Part shown: in pieces, positions 16,187 to 30,275 of the stretch
Numbering within the stretch: the first letter of the stretch is position 1
Layout of the letters: the number at the start of each line of letters is the position of its first letter
Origin: Octopus vulgaris
Lineage: Eukaryota
Direction: 5' to 3'
NCBI GenBank assembly: GCA_951406725.2
Contig: OX597825.1
Location: 16,182,001 to 16,246,000, forward strand
Length of the DNA stretch: 64,000 nt
Notes under the pieces: generated by a model
Databases searched by the model: none
Told to the model about the DNA's origin: nothing
The model's input: the letters and a program-made list of their open reading frames with translations, nothing else
Position numbers and translations under genes: made by a program

Positions 16187-17487
16187 CTGCAGAAGAAACA
16201 AAATTGTTAATTAATCATAAATAAATGTACTTTTTTGTTTGTTTGTTTGTCTACAAGTATTAAGGTTGTTCATGATATTTTTAATGTAAGGCGAAACAGC
16301 TCAATTAGTCCCGTTTATATACTTACTATATAGATTACATATATTATGACAGACTTTGATACCATGTGAACTGAGAAGGCTGCACCAGGCTCCAGTCTGA
16401 TCTGGCAGTGTTTCTACAGTGGGATGCTCTTCCTAACACCAACCACTCCATGAGTACAGTAGGTGCTTTTTATGTGCCATCTGCACAGGTGCCAGGCGAG
16501 GCTGGCAACGGCCATGATCGGATTGGTGCATTTTACATGCCACCGGCACGGAAGCCAGTCAATGCGGTGCTGGCATCGGCCACGATTTGGATGGTGCTTT
16601 TTACGTGCCACCGGCATGGAGGCCAGTCAAGGCGGAGCTGGCATCAGTCACGGTTCGGATAGTGCTTTTTACGTGCCACCAGCACGGAAGCCAGTCTAGG
16701 TGGCGCTGGCATCGGCCACGTTCAGATGGTGCTTTTACGTGCCACCGTCTCAGGGATCACAACTGCAGTTTATATACGGAAAGTAAATTTGTAGCTCCAC
16801 TTTTCTGGAGCTACTCAAAATGTTAACCCCTTGACAACGGTTGACGGAAATATGCGATCACACATTTGCTTGCCTATCCACAGTTAACATAAATATACGA
16901 TGTAGAACTGCCCTACATCCATCATGGACTTTTTAGCGGCTGACATATGTTTACGTTCGCTATCGTGTACTTTATCTATTTAGGTGCGCACGCTCGCCAT
17001 CCCATGCATTATCTTAGCTATTTTAGGTTACATTCAAGCCACGAGACTAGTAGTACACCAATGACGTGGATATTTTACATACATATAACCGTGTTTTGAG
17101 TTGTACCACACGGAAGCTATTTTCTGAACTTGAGCAGAATAACTCATGCATATCATATTATGATAAATAGCTTCACATAGTTCGTTTTCATAAACCGGTA
17201 GACGTAAATGTACGACGGTATGTTATTGTAACGGTGAACGTAAATAGACGCGAGCTATATATATATATATATTTCTTTATTGCCCACAAGGGGCTAAACA
17301 AGGACAGACAAAGGGATAAAGTCAATTACATCGACTCCAGTACGTAAGTGGTACTTATTTAATCGACCCTGAAAGGATGAAAGGCAAAGTCGACCTCGGC
17401 GGAATTTGAACTCACAACGTAACGGCAGACGAAATACGGCTACGCATTTCGCCCGGCACGCTAACGTTTCTGCCAGCTCGCTGCCTA

Positions 17488-17613
17488 AAAGCCAATTTCA
17501 ACGGATTTAGCCCAAATTTGACGTCGATGTTACTCAGTTTGGTTTGAAATAAAGAACTTGGTTAGCTTAATAATCCTAACTTAATCCCGGGCAAAGCCGG
17601 GTTACACTGCTAG
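17488..17613 (+). mobile_element. Helitron 3' end fragment
   Basis: CCCGGGCAAAGCCGGG hairpin followed by CTAG|T. Confidence 0.6.
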
Positions 17614-18464
17614 TATATTTATATATATATTAGCTGTGTGACCAAGGTATTGGTCTGTTGACTACAAGCTCAAGATTTGAAACCTACTTACATCTTGTGT
17701 GTAGCTTCTTGCAGTAAGGTGCATAACTCTGTTTATATTCAAAACAGGTTTTTTTTGCCATTACATTGACAACTCTCTTTTACTTGTTTCAGTCATTTGA
17801 CTGTGGCCATGCTGGAGCACCGCCTTTAGTCGAGCAACTCGACCCCCGGGACTTATTCTTTTGTAAGCCCAGTACTTATTCTATCGGTCTCTTTTTGCCG
17901 AACCGCTAAGTAACGGGGGACATAAACACACCAGCATCGGTTGTCAAGCAATGCTAGGGGGACAAACACAGACACACAAACGCATATATATATATCATCA
18001 TCATCATCATCATCATTTAACGTCCGCTTTCCATGCTAGCATGGGATATACATATATAAAACGGGCTTCTTTCAGTTTCCGTCTACCAAATCCACTCACA
18101 AGGCTTTGGTCGGCCCGAGGCTATAGCAGAAGACACTTGCCCAAGGTGCCACGCAGTGGGACTGAACCCGGAACCATGTGGTTGGTAAACAAGCTACTTA
18201 CCACACAGCCACTCCTGCATATATATATATATATATATATATATGTATTGCAGTCAAGAAAGTTAATTTCAAATGCAGTAATCCCTTGACAATCATGGGT
18301 GGTACATTCCAAAAACCCCACCCTGATAGGTGAAAATCCACCAAGTAGAAACAGTACTATACTGTAATTTTTTTTTCATTATTTTAAAATTTGCATATTT
18401 TACCTTTTCTCCCAATGCGTTGAAGTTGTTGTTTTAGACATGGCACTAGAGAAGATGTATTTTA

Positions 18465-18697
18465 AGGGCGGCGAGCTGGAAGAATCATTAGCACGCCAGG
18501 CGAAATGCTTAGCAGTATTTCGTCTGCCGCTATGTTCTGAGTTCAAATTCCGCCGAGGTCGACATTGCCTTTCATCCTTTCGGGGTCGATTAAATAAGTA
18601 CCAGTTACACACTGGGGTCGATATAATCGACTTAATCCGTTTGTCTGTCCTTGTTTGTCCCCACTATGTTTAGCCCCTTGTGGGTAGTAAAGAAATA
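18465..18697 (+). mobile_element. SINE family B (~235 bp; GGCGGCGAGCTGGCAGAA...GCCTTTCATCCTTTCGGGGTCGAT...AAAGAAATA), representative copy
   Basis: Pol III A/B-box-like head (GAGTTCAAATTCC). Copies at 17270..17487(-), 21857..22310(-), 26262..26500(-, ~16-bp TSD), 38165..38397(-), 42918..43148(-), 47549..47880(+), 55396..55630(-), 57568..57752(-). Confidence 0.9.
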
Positions 18698-18736
18698 GCT
18701 AGAGAAAATGTGTTAATACCAAAAATAATTCCTTAC

Positions 18737-19486
18737 CAGTTCCCCATTCAGTTAAGGTAGCATCTTCCCAAATTTGACCAGCAGCCGTTCGAATGAATTT
18801 TCTTTTCTTCTCCTTTTTGTCTTTCTTCTGTTGCACCGTCAGGTCATTATCATTCGACATCTCCATCGATGTTTTCTCGTCTTCTGCTGAGTTGTCGGCA
18901 GGGGTCGCCTGGGAACTGTCGGCCATCTGATAAGAGGCTACGGCCACCGTTGAGGACGTAGTAGTTTGGACTGAGGACATGTTGCTGGCACCGTGTGACA
19001 CACTCAAAGACGAGCTGTGCGGTTGTTTATTGCCCTCAGGTTTTTTGCCTTTACTTGTGGGGGGAGCTGAATAAATGACTTGGGGTTTTTCAATGTTGAC
19101 CATTTGGGGCATCACATTGTCTGGCTTAGGGCCCGTGTCAAGGGAATGAGGTGGGTACATAGTCCCCGGAGGAGGAGGACCTATGAAAGGTCGTTGTTGA
19201 GACATCATCATTGGGTTTGGCATGGGTGGAGGGTTGTTACCGGTCATGTTGCCCATCATAGGTGGCCTGGGTGGAGGGGGTTGGAACGGTGGCATGCCAC
19301 CCGGCCTGGGGGGCATGTGCATAGGGTGTCGCACTGGCATCGGGGGACGATGTCGCAGCTGATGGGGCAAAAAGGCAGGAGCAGGCCGAGGCATGGGTGG
19401 CGGGTGAGGGGGCGGCGGCGGTGGCCTTGTGAAATGCATTTGCGGGGGACCTGGTGGTGGAGGAGGTGGTGGCGGAGCTGACAAAA
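18737..19486 (-). CDS. RBM42: RBM42 coding exon 3 (proline-rich region to KKRKFIRTAAGQIWEDATLTEW)
   Basis: Poly-T/CAG acceptor at 19488 and donor GTAAGG at 18736. 750 nt open frame (ORF 18699..19553). Ends in the RBM42 signature R.AAG..WED..L.EW. Confidence 0.95.
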
Positions 19487-20883
19487 CTGCAAAAAAAAAA
19501 AAAAAAGGAACAGAAATGAGACACGTTTTAAAAGGAAGTGACACTATTTGCATTTATTCTTTTATTCGTTCCAATCAATTTGACTGCGGCCATGCTGGAG
19601 CACAATAATTTTGGAACAGCAAATCAAGGAATAAAATTATCTGAGAGACATACGTGGCACCTTGGGCTAGCGTCTTCTACTATAGCCTCGGGCCGACCAA
19701 AGCCTTGTGAGTGGATTTGGTAGACGGAAACTGAAAGAAGCCCGTCGTATAAATGTATATATATATATGCGTGTGTGTGTGTTCTGTGTGTGTCCACCCA
19801 CCATTGCTTGACAACCGATGCTGGTGTGTTTATGTCCCCGTAACTTAGCGGTTCGGCAAAAGAGACCGATAGAATAAGTACTGGGCTTACAAAAAAGAAT
19901 AAGTCCAGGGGTCGAGTTGCTTGATTAAAGGCGGTGCTCCAGCATGGCCGCAATCAAATGACTGAAACGAGTAAAAGAGTAAAGAGTATACAACTTCTGC
20001 AGAATTTCCATCTAATTCTAACATGACACAATCATCATCTGACAACTAAAACCAAACCACATTTCACGGACCACACAACACAGCATTTACAATGCAAAAC
20101 ACTTCACCCAACAACAAAACTAGACAACTGATACACACGAGGGGGTGCTGAAAAGTTCCTAGCTTGGGGTAAAAGAATATACAGGAGGATCAGTTAATTA
20201 TGATTTTATTCAATATATTCCAGTGCCGATGGTACGTAAGAGAACCATCCGAATGTGGCCGTTGCCAGCGCCGCCCCCGACTGGCCTCGTGCCGGTGGCA
20301 CGTAAAAAGCACCATCCGATCGTGGCCGTTGCCAGCCTCGCCTGGCACCTGTGCCGGTAGCATGTAAAAAGCACCCACTACACTCATGGAGTGGTTGGCG
20401 TTAGGAAGGGCATCCAGCAGTAGAAACACTGCCAGATCAGACTGGAGCCTGGTGCAGCCTTCTGGCTTCCCATACCCCAGTTGGACCATCCAACCCATGC
20501 TAGCATGGAAAGCGGATGCTAAACAATGATGATGATGATATATGCCTCTTAGAGTCACACATTTACTGCAGCAATCCTTCAGTTTTTTTTTTAAGCCCTG
20601 TAAAAGAACTTGGAAGGTTGGTCTTCCAACTGGACCTTTCACGATATCCTCAAAGCCAGGAACTTTTCAGCACCTCCTCATACACCAAAATTACCGAAAA
20701 AAACCCAAAAAACAAAATAACCCCCACAACAAAGTAAAACTGATGCAAAACGATTTCTAAATCCCAACCAACACTGCAGACAACTGAAGAATTTGGAGGT
20801 GCATTGAAGAGTATTGAAGAAACATATAAAACTATTTAAGAAATAATAACAATTACTAGTTGATCCTGTGAATATTCCATGGT

Positions 20884-21400
20884 TTAACCCTTTAGCAGTT
20901 AATCCTTTTGATACCAACCTGGCTGAAACCGGCTCTGGCGCTGAGTACAAATGTCTAGTTTTCATAAGCTTTGAATTAAAATCTTCCACCAAGCCTTAGA
21001 CACAATTTATGTTCCCAACACTAGCTGAATGATAACTAAGTTCTTTTACTAAATTCTTTGTTATATTTAAAATTAATTGAAAGGAACACAGCAGCTCAAG
21101 AGAAAAATGGTAACAAAAGGGTTAACAGATGATTAATTTAACCAATTTGATACCAGCCTGGCTGAAACTGCCTCTGGCTCTGGAGTACAAATGTCTTGTT
21201 TTCAAAAGTTTTGAAATAAAATCTTCTACCAAACCTTAGTCACAATTTATGTTCTTAACACTAGCTGAATGATAACTAAGCTATTTTACTAAATTCTTTG
21301 TTATATTTAAAATTAATTGAATGAAACACAGAGCAGCTCAAAAGAAATATGATAACGAAAGGGTTAAACTGGATATATCCAGCCAAAATATTCAACCTGA
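20884..21400. mobile_element. Two tandem ~230-bp TTAA (piggyBac-type) MITEs nested in another TTAA MITE
   Basis: TTAACCCTT...AAGGGTTAA termini. Same family at about 37411..37640, 37703..37915, 48424..48651, 48884..49108, 50856..51310 and 59290..59516. Confidence 0.75.
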
Positions 21401-22644
21401 TTTACAAAGGAGAGTCAAAAACTAATGCCATTTTGTTTAGGACAGGTGTAATTACCAACACAGGAACATGTATCATACATCAAAATGAAGCTGGTCCTCT
21501 GTAGATCACATCCCTACTTCTCAACATAGTCACCGTTTCACTCAATAGCAATGTTCCACCCTCGAATGAGAGCAGGTATCCCTGTCCCATAAAATTCTGT
21601 TGACTGTTCTTTGAGCCACTTCTTCACTACAGTTTTCACTTCCTCATCACTGGAATAATTTAGCGCCTTCAGATTGTTATCTCTTCAGACCCATGAAAGA
21701 GGGTTTGAGAGGCAAACACTCTGAACGTGGCCAACGCCAGTAACTACTGACTGGCTCCTGTGCAGGTGGCATGTAAAAAAGCACCATCCAAATGTGGCTG
21801 CTGCCAGTACTCGCTGACTGGCCCCCGTGCCGGTGGCACATAAAAAGCACCCACAAAGTCGACCTTGGCAGAATTTGAACTCAGAACGTAATGGCAGATG
21901 AAAATACCTATTTCTTTATTACTCACAAGGGACTAAACACAGAGAGGACAAACAAGGACACACAAATGGATTAAGTCGATTACATTGACCCCAGTGCGTA
22001 ACTGGTACTTAATTTATAGGATGAAAGGCAAAGTCGACCTTGGCGGAATTTAAACTCAGAACGTAATGGCAGATGAAATACCTATTTCTTTACTACTCAC
22101 AAGGGACTAAACACAGAGAGGACAAAAAAGGACAGACAAACGGATTAAGTTGACTATTGATCTAAGTGCGTAACTGGTACTTATTTAATCGATCCTGAAA
22201 GGATGAAAGGCAAAGTCGACCTCGGCGGAACTTGAACTCAGAACGTAGAGGCAGACGAAATATCGCTAAGCATTTCGTCTGGTATGCTAACGTTTCTCCC
22301 AGGTCGCCGGAAAGTATGAGTGAGACGTAACCCCTGACCCATGTTAGTGGGCAAGTATCTACATTGGAACATGACAGCCAGTCTAACCCATGCTTCCATA
22401 AAAAGTCATCATTTAATATCAGTCTTCCATGGTGGTACAGGTCTGGCAGGAGATGGTAAGCCTGAGGACAGCACCAAAATCCACTGTGCCATGGTTTATA
22501 AAACAGAATGCCCTTCCTAATACCAACCCCTTCACAGAGTGGTCTTGGTGCTTTTTATGTGGCAAGAAACAGGTGTAAAATGATGAACAAGGTTACATAT
22601 GACCAAAACAGAATTCTACGTAAACGTTAATCAAATTGACAAAC

Positions 22645-22868
22645 CTGATAAAGGTATTTCCATGGAACTCCGAGTGATATGTGAAGATGGTGGTTGATGG
22701 CACTTATCCATAACCATTCTGGGAGCTGGACTGACAGGAAATTCTTCCCCTGGATGTCGAGCTAACTTCAGCTGGGCTTGAACCTTTGTGTAAGTGTTTG
22801 AACCGATGATCATCCTCGGAATATCATTTTCATCTTCATTGGAAGGGACAAGAATCTCCTGCTCAAAC
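22645..22868 (-). CDS. RBM42: RBM42 coding exon 2 (FEQEILVPSNEDENDIPRMIIGSNTYTKVQAQL...EIPLS)
   Basis: Pyrimidine tract plus AG at 22870..22869 and GT donor at 22644. 224 nt, phase-compatible with exons 1 and 3. Contains the conserved II.xNTY motif. Confidence 0.88.
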
Positions 22869-22957
22869 CTTTCAGAGACAAAAACAACAAAACAAAAATA
22901 TAACAAAAGAAAAAAATTAGGAAAGCAATTCAACAATTTAAAAAAAAAAATAGATAA

Positions 22958-23118
22958 GCGCAGGAGTGGCTGTGTGGTAAGTAGCTTGTTTACTAACCAC
23001 ATGGTTCCGGGTTCAGTCCCACTGCGTGGCACCCTGGGCAAGTGTCTTCTACTATAGCCTCGAGCTGACCAAAGCCTTGTGAGCGAATTTGGTAGACGGA
23101 AACTGAAAGAAGCCCGTC

Positions 23119-23165
<47 letters not shown>

Positions 23166-23376
23166 TGTGTGTGTCTGTGTTTGTCCCCCTAGCATTGCTT
23201 GACAACCGAAGCTAGTGTGTTTATGTCCCCGTTACTTAGCGGTTCGGCAAAAGAGACCAATAGAATAAGTACGGGGCTTACAAAAGAATAAGTCCCGGGG
23301 TCGAGTTGCTCGATTAAAGGCGGTGCTCCAGCATGGCCGCAGTCAAATGACTGAAACAAGTAAAAGAGTAAGAGTA
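22958..23376 (+). mobile_element. SINE family A (tRNA-derived head, internal (TA)n, (GTAAAAGA)n tail), representative full copy
   Basis: A-box TGGCTGTGTGG and B-box GGTTCAGTCCC. More than 20 related copies, e.g. 11622..11996(-), 17773..18218(-), 19650..19987(+), 27795..28141(-), 28410..28830(+), 29577..29984(+), 36145..36600(-), 36855..37226(-), 43416..43787(+), 53310..53665(-), 54950..55330(-), 59900..60272(-), 61512..62135(-). Confidence 0.9.
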
Positions 23377-23522
23377 ATAAGGTCCCTCAAGCAGGTAGAG
23401 TTGTCCTGTCTCAAATAATATATCAGTAATACGGGGTGGGGGCCAAAAGTCATGCTCAAAATAAGTTCAATATGCTCCGGAATTGTCAGACATGCCTCAG
23501 CTTTTCTAAAATTGAATAAAAT

Positions 23523-23786
23523 CGCCTGGCCCCGGCGCCGGTGGCATGTAAAAAGCACCATCTGATCGTGGCCGTTGCCAGCCTCGCCTGGCCCCTGTGC
23601 CGGTGGCACGTAAAAAAGCACCCACTACACTCACGGAGTGGTTGGCGTTAGGAAGGGCATCCAGCTGTAGAAACACTGCCAGATCAGACTGGAGCCTGGT
23701 GCAGCCTTCTGGCTTCCCAGACCCCAGTCAAACCGTCCAACCCATGCTAGCATGGAAAGCGGACGCTAAACGATGATGATGATGAA
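23523..23786 (+). mobile_element. SINE/retroposon family C ((GAT)n tail, internal ~50-bp tandem units), representative copy
   Basis: Perfect 22-bp TSD CTTTTCTAAAATTGAATAAAAT (23501..23522 and 23787..23808). Copies at 1..110, 12860..13140, 16370..16760, 20222..20540, 25655..26022, 32441..32638, 38690..38925, 42372..42720 and 47878..48092. Confidence 0.88.
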
Positions 23787-24506
23787 CTTTTCTAAAATTG
23801 AATAAAATAAATAAAATAATGATGGATACACACGTACTTGGACATGATGGACAAAATGAATAATAATAATCCTTTCTACTTTAAATTAGCATGAAATTTT
23901 GAGGAAGAGTTTCAATTTAGGTCACTTTAAAACAGAAAGTTTGGATCATGGGACCAAGGACGGTCTCAGGCAGGTTGGTGCCAAAAGGGTGAAGCAAAGT
24001 TAATGGTCTTTGTACGTTTCTGAAAGGCTAACTTGTGTCTTCCATATTGCAACTGCATACGTTTCAACACCTGATCCCAGATCAAACACTTTGTATGCAA
24101 GTGCATCTCTGTAATTTACCAGGCTTCATGTTTTTATACAGTCGTTAACCCTTCGGTTGAATGCTTGGAACCACATGGTTTCAGGTTCAGTCCCACTGCA
24201 TGCCATCTTAGGCAAGTTACTTCTACTACAGCACTGGGCTGACCAAAGGTTTGTGAGTGGATTTGATAGACAGAAACTCAAAGGCGGCGAGCTGGCAGAA
24301 GCGTTAGTATGCCGGGCGAAATGCTTAGCGGTATTTTGTCTGCCGTTACGTTCTGAGTTAAAATTCTGCACAGGTTGACTTTACCTTTCATCCTTTCGGG
24401 TTCAATAAATTAAGTACCAGTTAATCTCTTTGTCTATCCTTGTTTGTCCCCTCTATGTTTAGCCCCTTGTGGGCAATAAAGAAATAAGAAACTCAAAGAA
24501 ACCTTC

Positions 24507-24579
<73 letters not shown>

Positions 24580-26946
24580 ACTGGTGTTGGTGTGTTTATG
24601 TCCCCATAAGCTAGTGGTTTGGAAAAAGAGACAGAGAGAATAAGTATAAGGCTTAAACAAAAAAAAAAAAAAAAATACAAGGGTTAATTCACTGGCCGCA
24701 GTCTAATGACCGAAACAAGTAAAAACTAAAATGATAAAAAAGAAAGGAAATGTTTTGGATTTTGGCCATTTATTGCCAAAATACGAAATGAGTGCACCCA
24801 TGCATCCATCTATAAACTGGCAGAATTTGCATATGCGATTCCAGTGTGAACACATGATTCGTTTATATTCCATGATAAATGGATATGAAGACACAGGGAC
24901 GACTGTGTGGTTGAGAGGGTTCACTTTGCAATCAGGCAGCAGTTTCAGGGTCAGTCATATGAAGAATAGCAGACAATACAACAAAACATAGAAACACACG
25001 TGCCCTACAATCCACCTTATTGAAATCTCAAAACTACAAGATAATGCAGGATTAATTGAAAACAGGTGAACGGCTTAGTGGTTAGAGGATGTGAGTTCAG
25101 TTACTGGACCGGGCAGTGCATTGTGATCTCGAGCAAGACATTCTATTTCATGTTGCTCCAGTACACTGAGCCATAGAAACGAGTTGCGATGTCACTGGTG
25201 TCAAGCTGTATCAGCCTTTGCCTTTCTCTTGGACATAATGGGTGGGTCTTCCATAAAGAACCTTGCGTGGACTTGTGTCTCAGAGAGTAACTTTCTAGGT
25301 GCAATGCCATAGGCATTCATGACCGAAAGGAGTCTTTACCAGATCAAAACAATGTGAATAAGCATTGCATTTGACAGTAATCTGAACGATAAAGAGTAAT
25401 GAGCCACCAGGAAGACTTCTATACTGTTGTTCAGTTTGCTAAACATAGCAACCAACAACCAAATCAATGTTTGTAGTAAAGCTGCCCATTATAATCGCTT
25501 AAAACGTTATCAAACGCTTATGTGGGTCCCAATCCTGTCCAGGATATTGTTATATCTTTTACTTAAAGGTACCAGCTATTGTTATTTAAGATTCCGTTTT
25601 AACGTGATCACAATAAGTGCCCTCCCATATATATATAATCAAAGTCAAATTCGATGACTGACATCCATGCTAGTGGAGCGCTAAGAGCACCATCCGAGTG
25701 TGATCGTTGCCAGAGCAGCTAACTGGCTTCCGTGCCGGTGGCACGCACATAAAAAGCACCCTTCCAGCGTCGCCTTACTGGCACTTGTGCCGGTGGCACA
25801 CGAAAAAACAGTTGAGCGAGGTCGTTACCAGTACCGCCTGACTGGCCCTCGTGCTGCTGGTACGTAAAAGCACCCACTACACCCTCGGAGTGGTTGGCGT
25901 TAGGAAGGGCATCCAGCTGTAGAAACTCTGCCTGGTGCAGCCATCTGGTTCGCCAGTCCTCAATTAAATCGACCAACCCATGCTAGCATGGAAAGCGGAT
26001 GTTAAACGATGATGATGATGATATATGTGCGTGCGTGTAGGCATAACTCCAGACATAAACAAGCCCCAAAAACGGTGGTAGGGTTTCAAAGTCACTGAGC
26101 AAGGGTCTTAGTATTTCAGCGATTATTCTCCATGCTAAACCGCCAGCTGGCAGGATAAAACGTAAAGGGATGTCAAATCCTGTACTCAACAAAAGGCGTA
26201 TGTATGTACGTATGTGTGAATGTTTTGAAGATGTACTTGTCCGGCAAGTGATTTAACCTAATACCTATTTCTTTACTACCCACAAAGGGCTAAACACAGA
26301 GGCGACAAACAAGGACAGACAGACGGATTAAGTCGATTACATCGACCCCAGTGCGTAACTGGTACTTAATTTATCGACCCCGAAATGATGAAAGGCAAAG
26401 TCGACCTCGGCGGAATTTGAACTCAGAACGTAACGGCAGACGAAATACGGCTACACATTTTGCCCGGTGTGCTAACGTTTCAGCCAGCTCGCCACCTTAT
26501 TTGATTTGACCTAATACTGTTGTTTATGTGATGAGTGATTGATTTTGGGAGAGGATATAATCGATTAAATCAATCTAGCAGTGACTGATTACTTTATTAT
26601 CCGTGATAGAACGAAAGGCGAAGTTGACATAAGCGGGAATTGAACTAGCATTAGATATCGGTTTCAAATTTTAGCACAAGGCCAGCAATTCCGGCACAGG
26701 GGTTAAGTCGATTACATCGACCCCCCGGTATTCAACCTTGTACTTTTACCGACCCCCGAAGGGGACCAAAGACAAACCAAACCTCAGTGGGATTTGAACT
26801 GAGGACGTAACGATGGACGAAATGCTGCTAAGCACTCCGACCGGCGTGCCAACGATTCTCCCAGTTCGCCGTCTTCCCTCGCGTTACGGATATTATTCCG
26901 CAACAAGGGACAACCACATCGTTATTGTGTACAGTTAAAAACTTAC

Positions 26947-26999
26947 CGATCCATCTCCTCCTCCATTTCCTTCAGCTTCTCTTGTGTAAGCATCGCCAT
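26947..26999 (-). CDS. RBM42: RNA-binding motif protein 42, coding exon 1 (MAMLTQEKLKEMEEEMDR)
   Basis: ATG at 26999, donor GTAAGT at 26946..26941, 53 nt, phase 2. Splices in frame to give KLKEMEEEMDRFEQEIL, matching the RBM42 N-terminal motif (human RLKEMEAEMALFEQEVL, from memory). Confidence 0.9.
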
Positions 27000-27099
27000 T
27001 CTGTCTTCTTCTACTTCTTCTAATCGATGTATCAAGTTCAATGAGAAAAGTTCAGGGAGGGAAAATTAAACCCGAAACAAATCAAATTTTTAAACGAAC

Positions 27100-27400
27100 A
27101 GAAAATACAATCGCCGACATTAACGGAAGTCGCGGTGGAGTCCTTTATTGCCATACAATACAGAAGAGTGAAACAAGGACGACAACTCTGTAGCGGTGTT
27201 AAAATTATTTTATATTTTGTTGACTGTGCAGTCTACAATGTAATTATAGTAAAAATGATGTGCATCACATGCATTAGGGCATTCTTTCGATATGAGTCCC
27301 ATTTACGTCACGTGTATTTGTTTAGGATAAGGGGTGGGAGCAAGGGTATCTTTTTTTCTTTCTTCAGAAATGTAAATAAACCCACGTGGGTTTATAAGTG
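27100..27400 (-). promoter_or_regulatory. Probable RBM42 proximal promoter
   Basis: Repeat-free and CpG-containing. ETS-like ACGGAAGT at 27123..27130, CRE/E-box-like TTACGTCACGTG at about 27303..27314, just upstream of exon 1. Confidence 0.4.
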
Positions 27401-27972
27401 ACAGTTATGTTACTAGTAACGAATGATCGCCTAATTGTCATACACTGCTATTCAAAAACTAAGAACACCCTGACAAGTACAGCTGTTGATACACTGTGGT
27501 GAATAAAAATCAGTGAGATGGTCACGGTTGGAACGTTTTTGATCTATAGGTGTGCTTGATTTATACTAATTTCAACGAGGAATCCTCTACATGGTCGGTC
27601 GACCTTCTAGAAATGTAGGCAAATCTCGCTAATATAAAAAATGCTCAGTATTGCAAAACAACGTTGAATTAATTCGTATTTCGTCTGACAGCTAACAATT
27701 TCGCTTTTTCATACTTCCTCCTTCAACTTAGACATAGCGACCTCAACAAATTATATAGAGCTAGTCGCTTTCCCCATCTGCTTTTCTTAATCATTTACTC
27801 TTTTACTTGTTTCAGGCATTTGACTGTGGCCATGCTGGAGCACCGCCTTTGGTCGAGCAAATCGACCCCAGAGCTTGTTCTTTGTAAGCCTATCGGTCTT
27901 TTTTGCCGAACCGCTAAGTTACTGGGACGTAAACACACCAGCATCGGTTGTCAAGCGATGTTGTGGGGACAA

Positions 27973-28003
<31 letters not shown>

Positions 28004-30275
28004 CATATATACGACGGGCTTCTTTCAGTTTCCGTCTACCAAATCCACTCACAAGGCTTTGGTCGGCCCGAGGCTATAGTAGAAGACACTTTCCCAAGGT
28101 GCCATGTGGTTGGTAAGCAAGCTACTTACCACACAGCCACTAAGAAGAAAAAACTTTTTAATGATTTAAATAACATTTAAACGTCATTTTGTTCTTATAC
28201 CTAGTTGTCAAGCTGGAGTGAAATTCAAAAAAGTGAATTTGTTTTGGTGAAAAGTTAAATAACACCAAAGTAAAACTTACAATTGCGAAAGAGGAGTGCT
28301 ACTGCTCAATAAAAAAATATCGAATTTACTTTATCAAGCTTCTTTCGTGATTATTTACAGGACTGAGATTATTTATGGGGAAGAAAAGATATCGAAAAAG
28401 AAATATATAGGCGCAGGAGTGGCTGTGTGATAAGTAGCTTGCTAACCAACCACATGGTTTCGGGTTCAGTCCCACTGCGTGGCATCTTGGGCAAGTGTCT
28501 TCTGCTATAGCCCAGGGCCGACCAATGCCTTGTGAGTGGATTTGGTAGACGGAAACTGAAAGAAGCCTGTCGTATATATGTATATATATATATATATATA
28601 CATGTATGTGTGTGTATATGTTTGTGTGTCTGTGTTTGTCCTCCTAGCATTGCTTGACAACCGATGCTGGTGTGTTTACGTCCCCGTTACTTAGCGGTTC
28701 GGCAAAACAGACCGATAGAATAAGTACTGGGCTTAAAAAGAATAAGTCCCGGGGTCGATTTGCTCGACTAAAGGCGGTGCTCCGGCATGGCCGCAGTGAA
28801 ATGACTGAAACAAGTAAAAGAGTAAAGAGTATATATGTGCAGGTATGACTGTGTTGTAAGAAGTTTGCTTCCTGACCGGATGGTTCCCGAGTTCGGTCCC
28901 ACTGCGTGGCACCTTTGGCAAGTGTCTTCCACTATAGCCTTGGACCAAGCAAACCTTTGTGAATGCTTTTGGTAGATGGAAACTGAAAGAATCCCTTCGT
29001 ATGTGTGTGTGTGTGACTGTCCTCCACCACCGCTTGACAACCCATGTTTATGTGTTTACGTCTCCATAACTTAGCGGTTTGGCTGAAGACACTGATAGAA
29101 TAAATACCAGGCTTTCAAAAAAAAGCAAATATTGAGGTCGATTCATTCGTCTGAAAATTCAAGGTAGTGCAGCACAGTCTAAATCTGGCAGTAGTCATTT
29201 CTGGCCAAGCAATATAAAAGCAAAATTAAATTCTTAGATGAAGAGTACTCTCTTCCAAACACATGGCTCTTCTTATGGACACAACGATAAACTAGAGAAA
29301 CATGTTGCTGCGACTTCAGCTATGTGGGCAGTGGAGGTATTCGATTGGCTAAACTCATGTAACTAAATGCTTGTAACGTCTTTATTGTTAAAATTCTAGT
29401 GGGAAAAAAATGAATGCAATTTTCATTATCCACAAGCAAAAATACACCAAAATTAAATTTTTAAAAAAATGTTCTTGTGAAAATTTGAAATACTTTGAGT
29501 GGATGGAAAGAAATTTAACAATACCCTAGACTTTTTTCTATGCTATAATAAAGAAAGTATGAAGAACTATACAATCCAGGAGTGGTTGTGTGGTAAGTAG
29601 CTTGCCTACCAACCACATGGTTCCGGGTTCAGTCCCACTGCGTGGCACCTTGGGCAAGTGTCTTCTACTATAGCCTCGGGCCGACCAAAGCCTTGTGAGT
29701 GGATTTGGTAGACAGAAACTGAAAAGAAGCCCGTCGTATATATGTATATATATATATATATGTGCGTGTACGTTTGTGTGTCTGTGTTTGTCCCCCTAGC
29801 ATTGCTTGACATCTGATGCTGGTGTGTTTATGTCCCCGTTACTTAGCGGTTCGGCAAAAGAGACCGATACAATAAGTACTTCGCTTACAAAGAATAAGTC
29901 CCGGGGTCGAGTTGCTCGACTAAAGGCGGTGCTCCAGCATGGCCGCAGTCAACTGACTGAAACAAGTAAAAGAGTAAAAGAGTAATCCATTGAGGAATGT
30001 TTAAACAACCCAAAACATTGACACTATGTAAATGTTGCGTCAACACCAACGAACGATTAAGCATCAACATTTTGAGCTGTTATCTTTTGTTATTTAAGAA
30101 TACTCGATCTTGTTTTTATTACGCATTGATTAATTTTCTTTGGGCAGTTTTCTGTTGCAATGCTCTCAACTTGTATATCGGAGGTCAATGACGTTTTGTT
30201 ACACACACAAACACACACACAAAAATGTATGCATATATATACCCAAATATATATACCCATATATATATATATATA

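Noticed and set aside
19080-19524. Overlapping ORFs 19080..19481(+), 19237..19524(-) and 19256..19492(-)
   Set aside because: Shadow frames of the GC-rich, proline-coding RBM42 exon 3.
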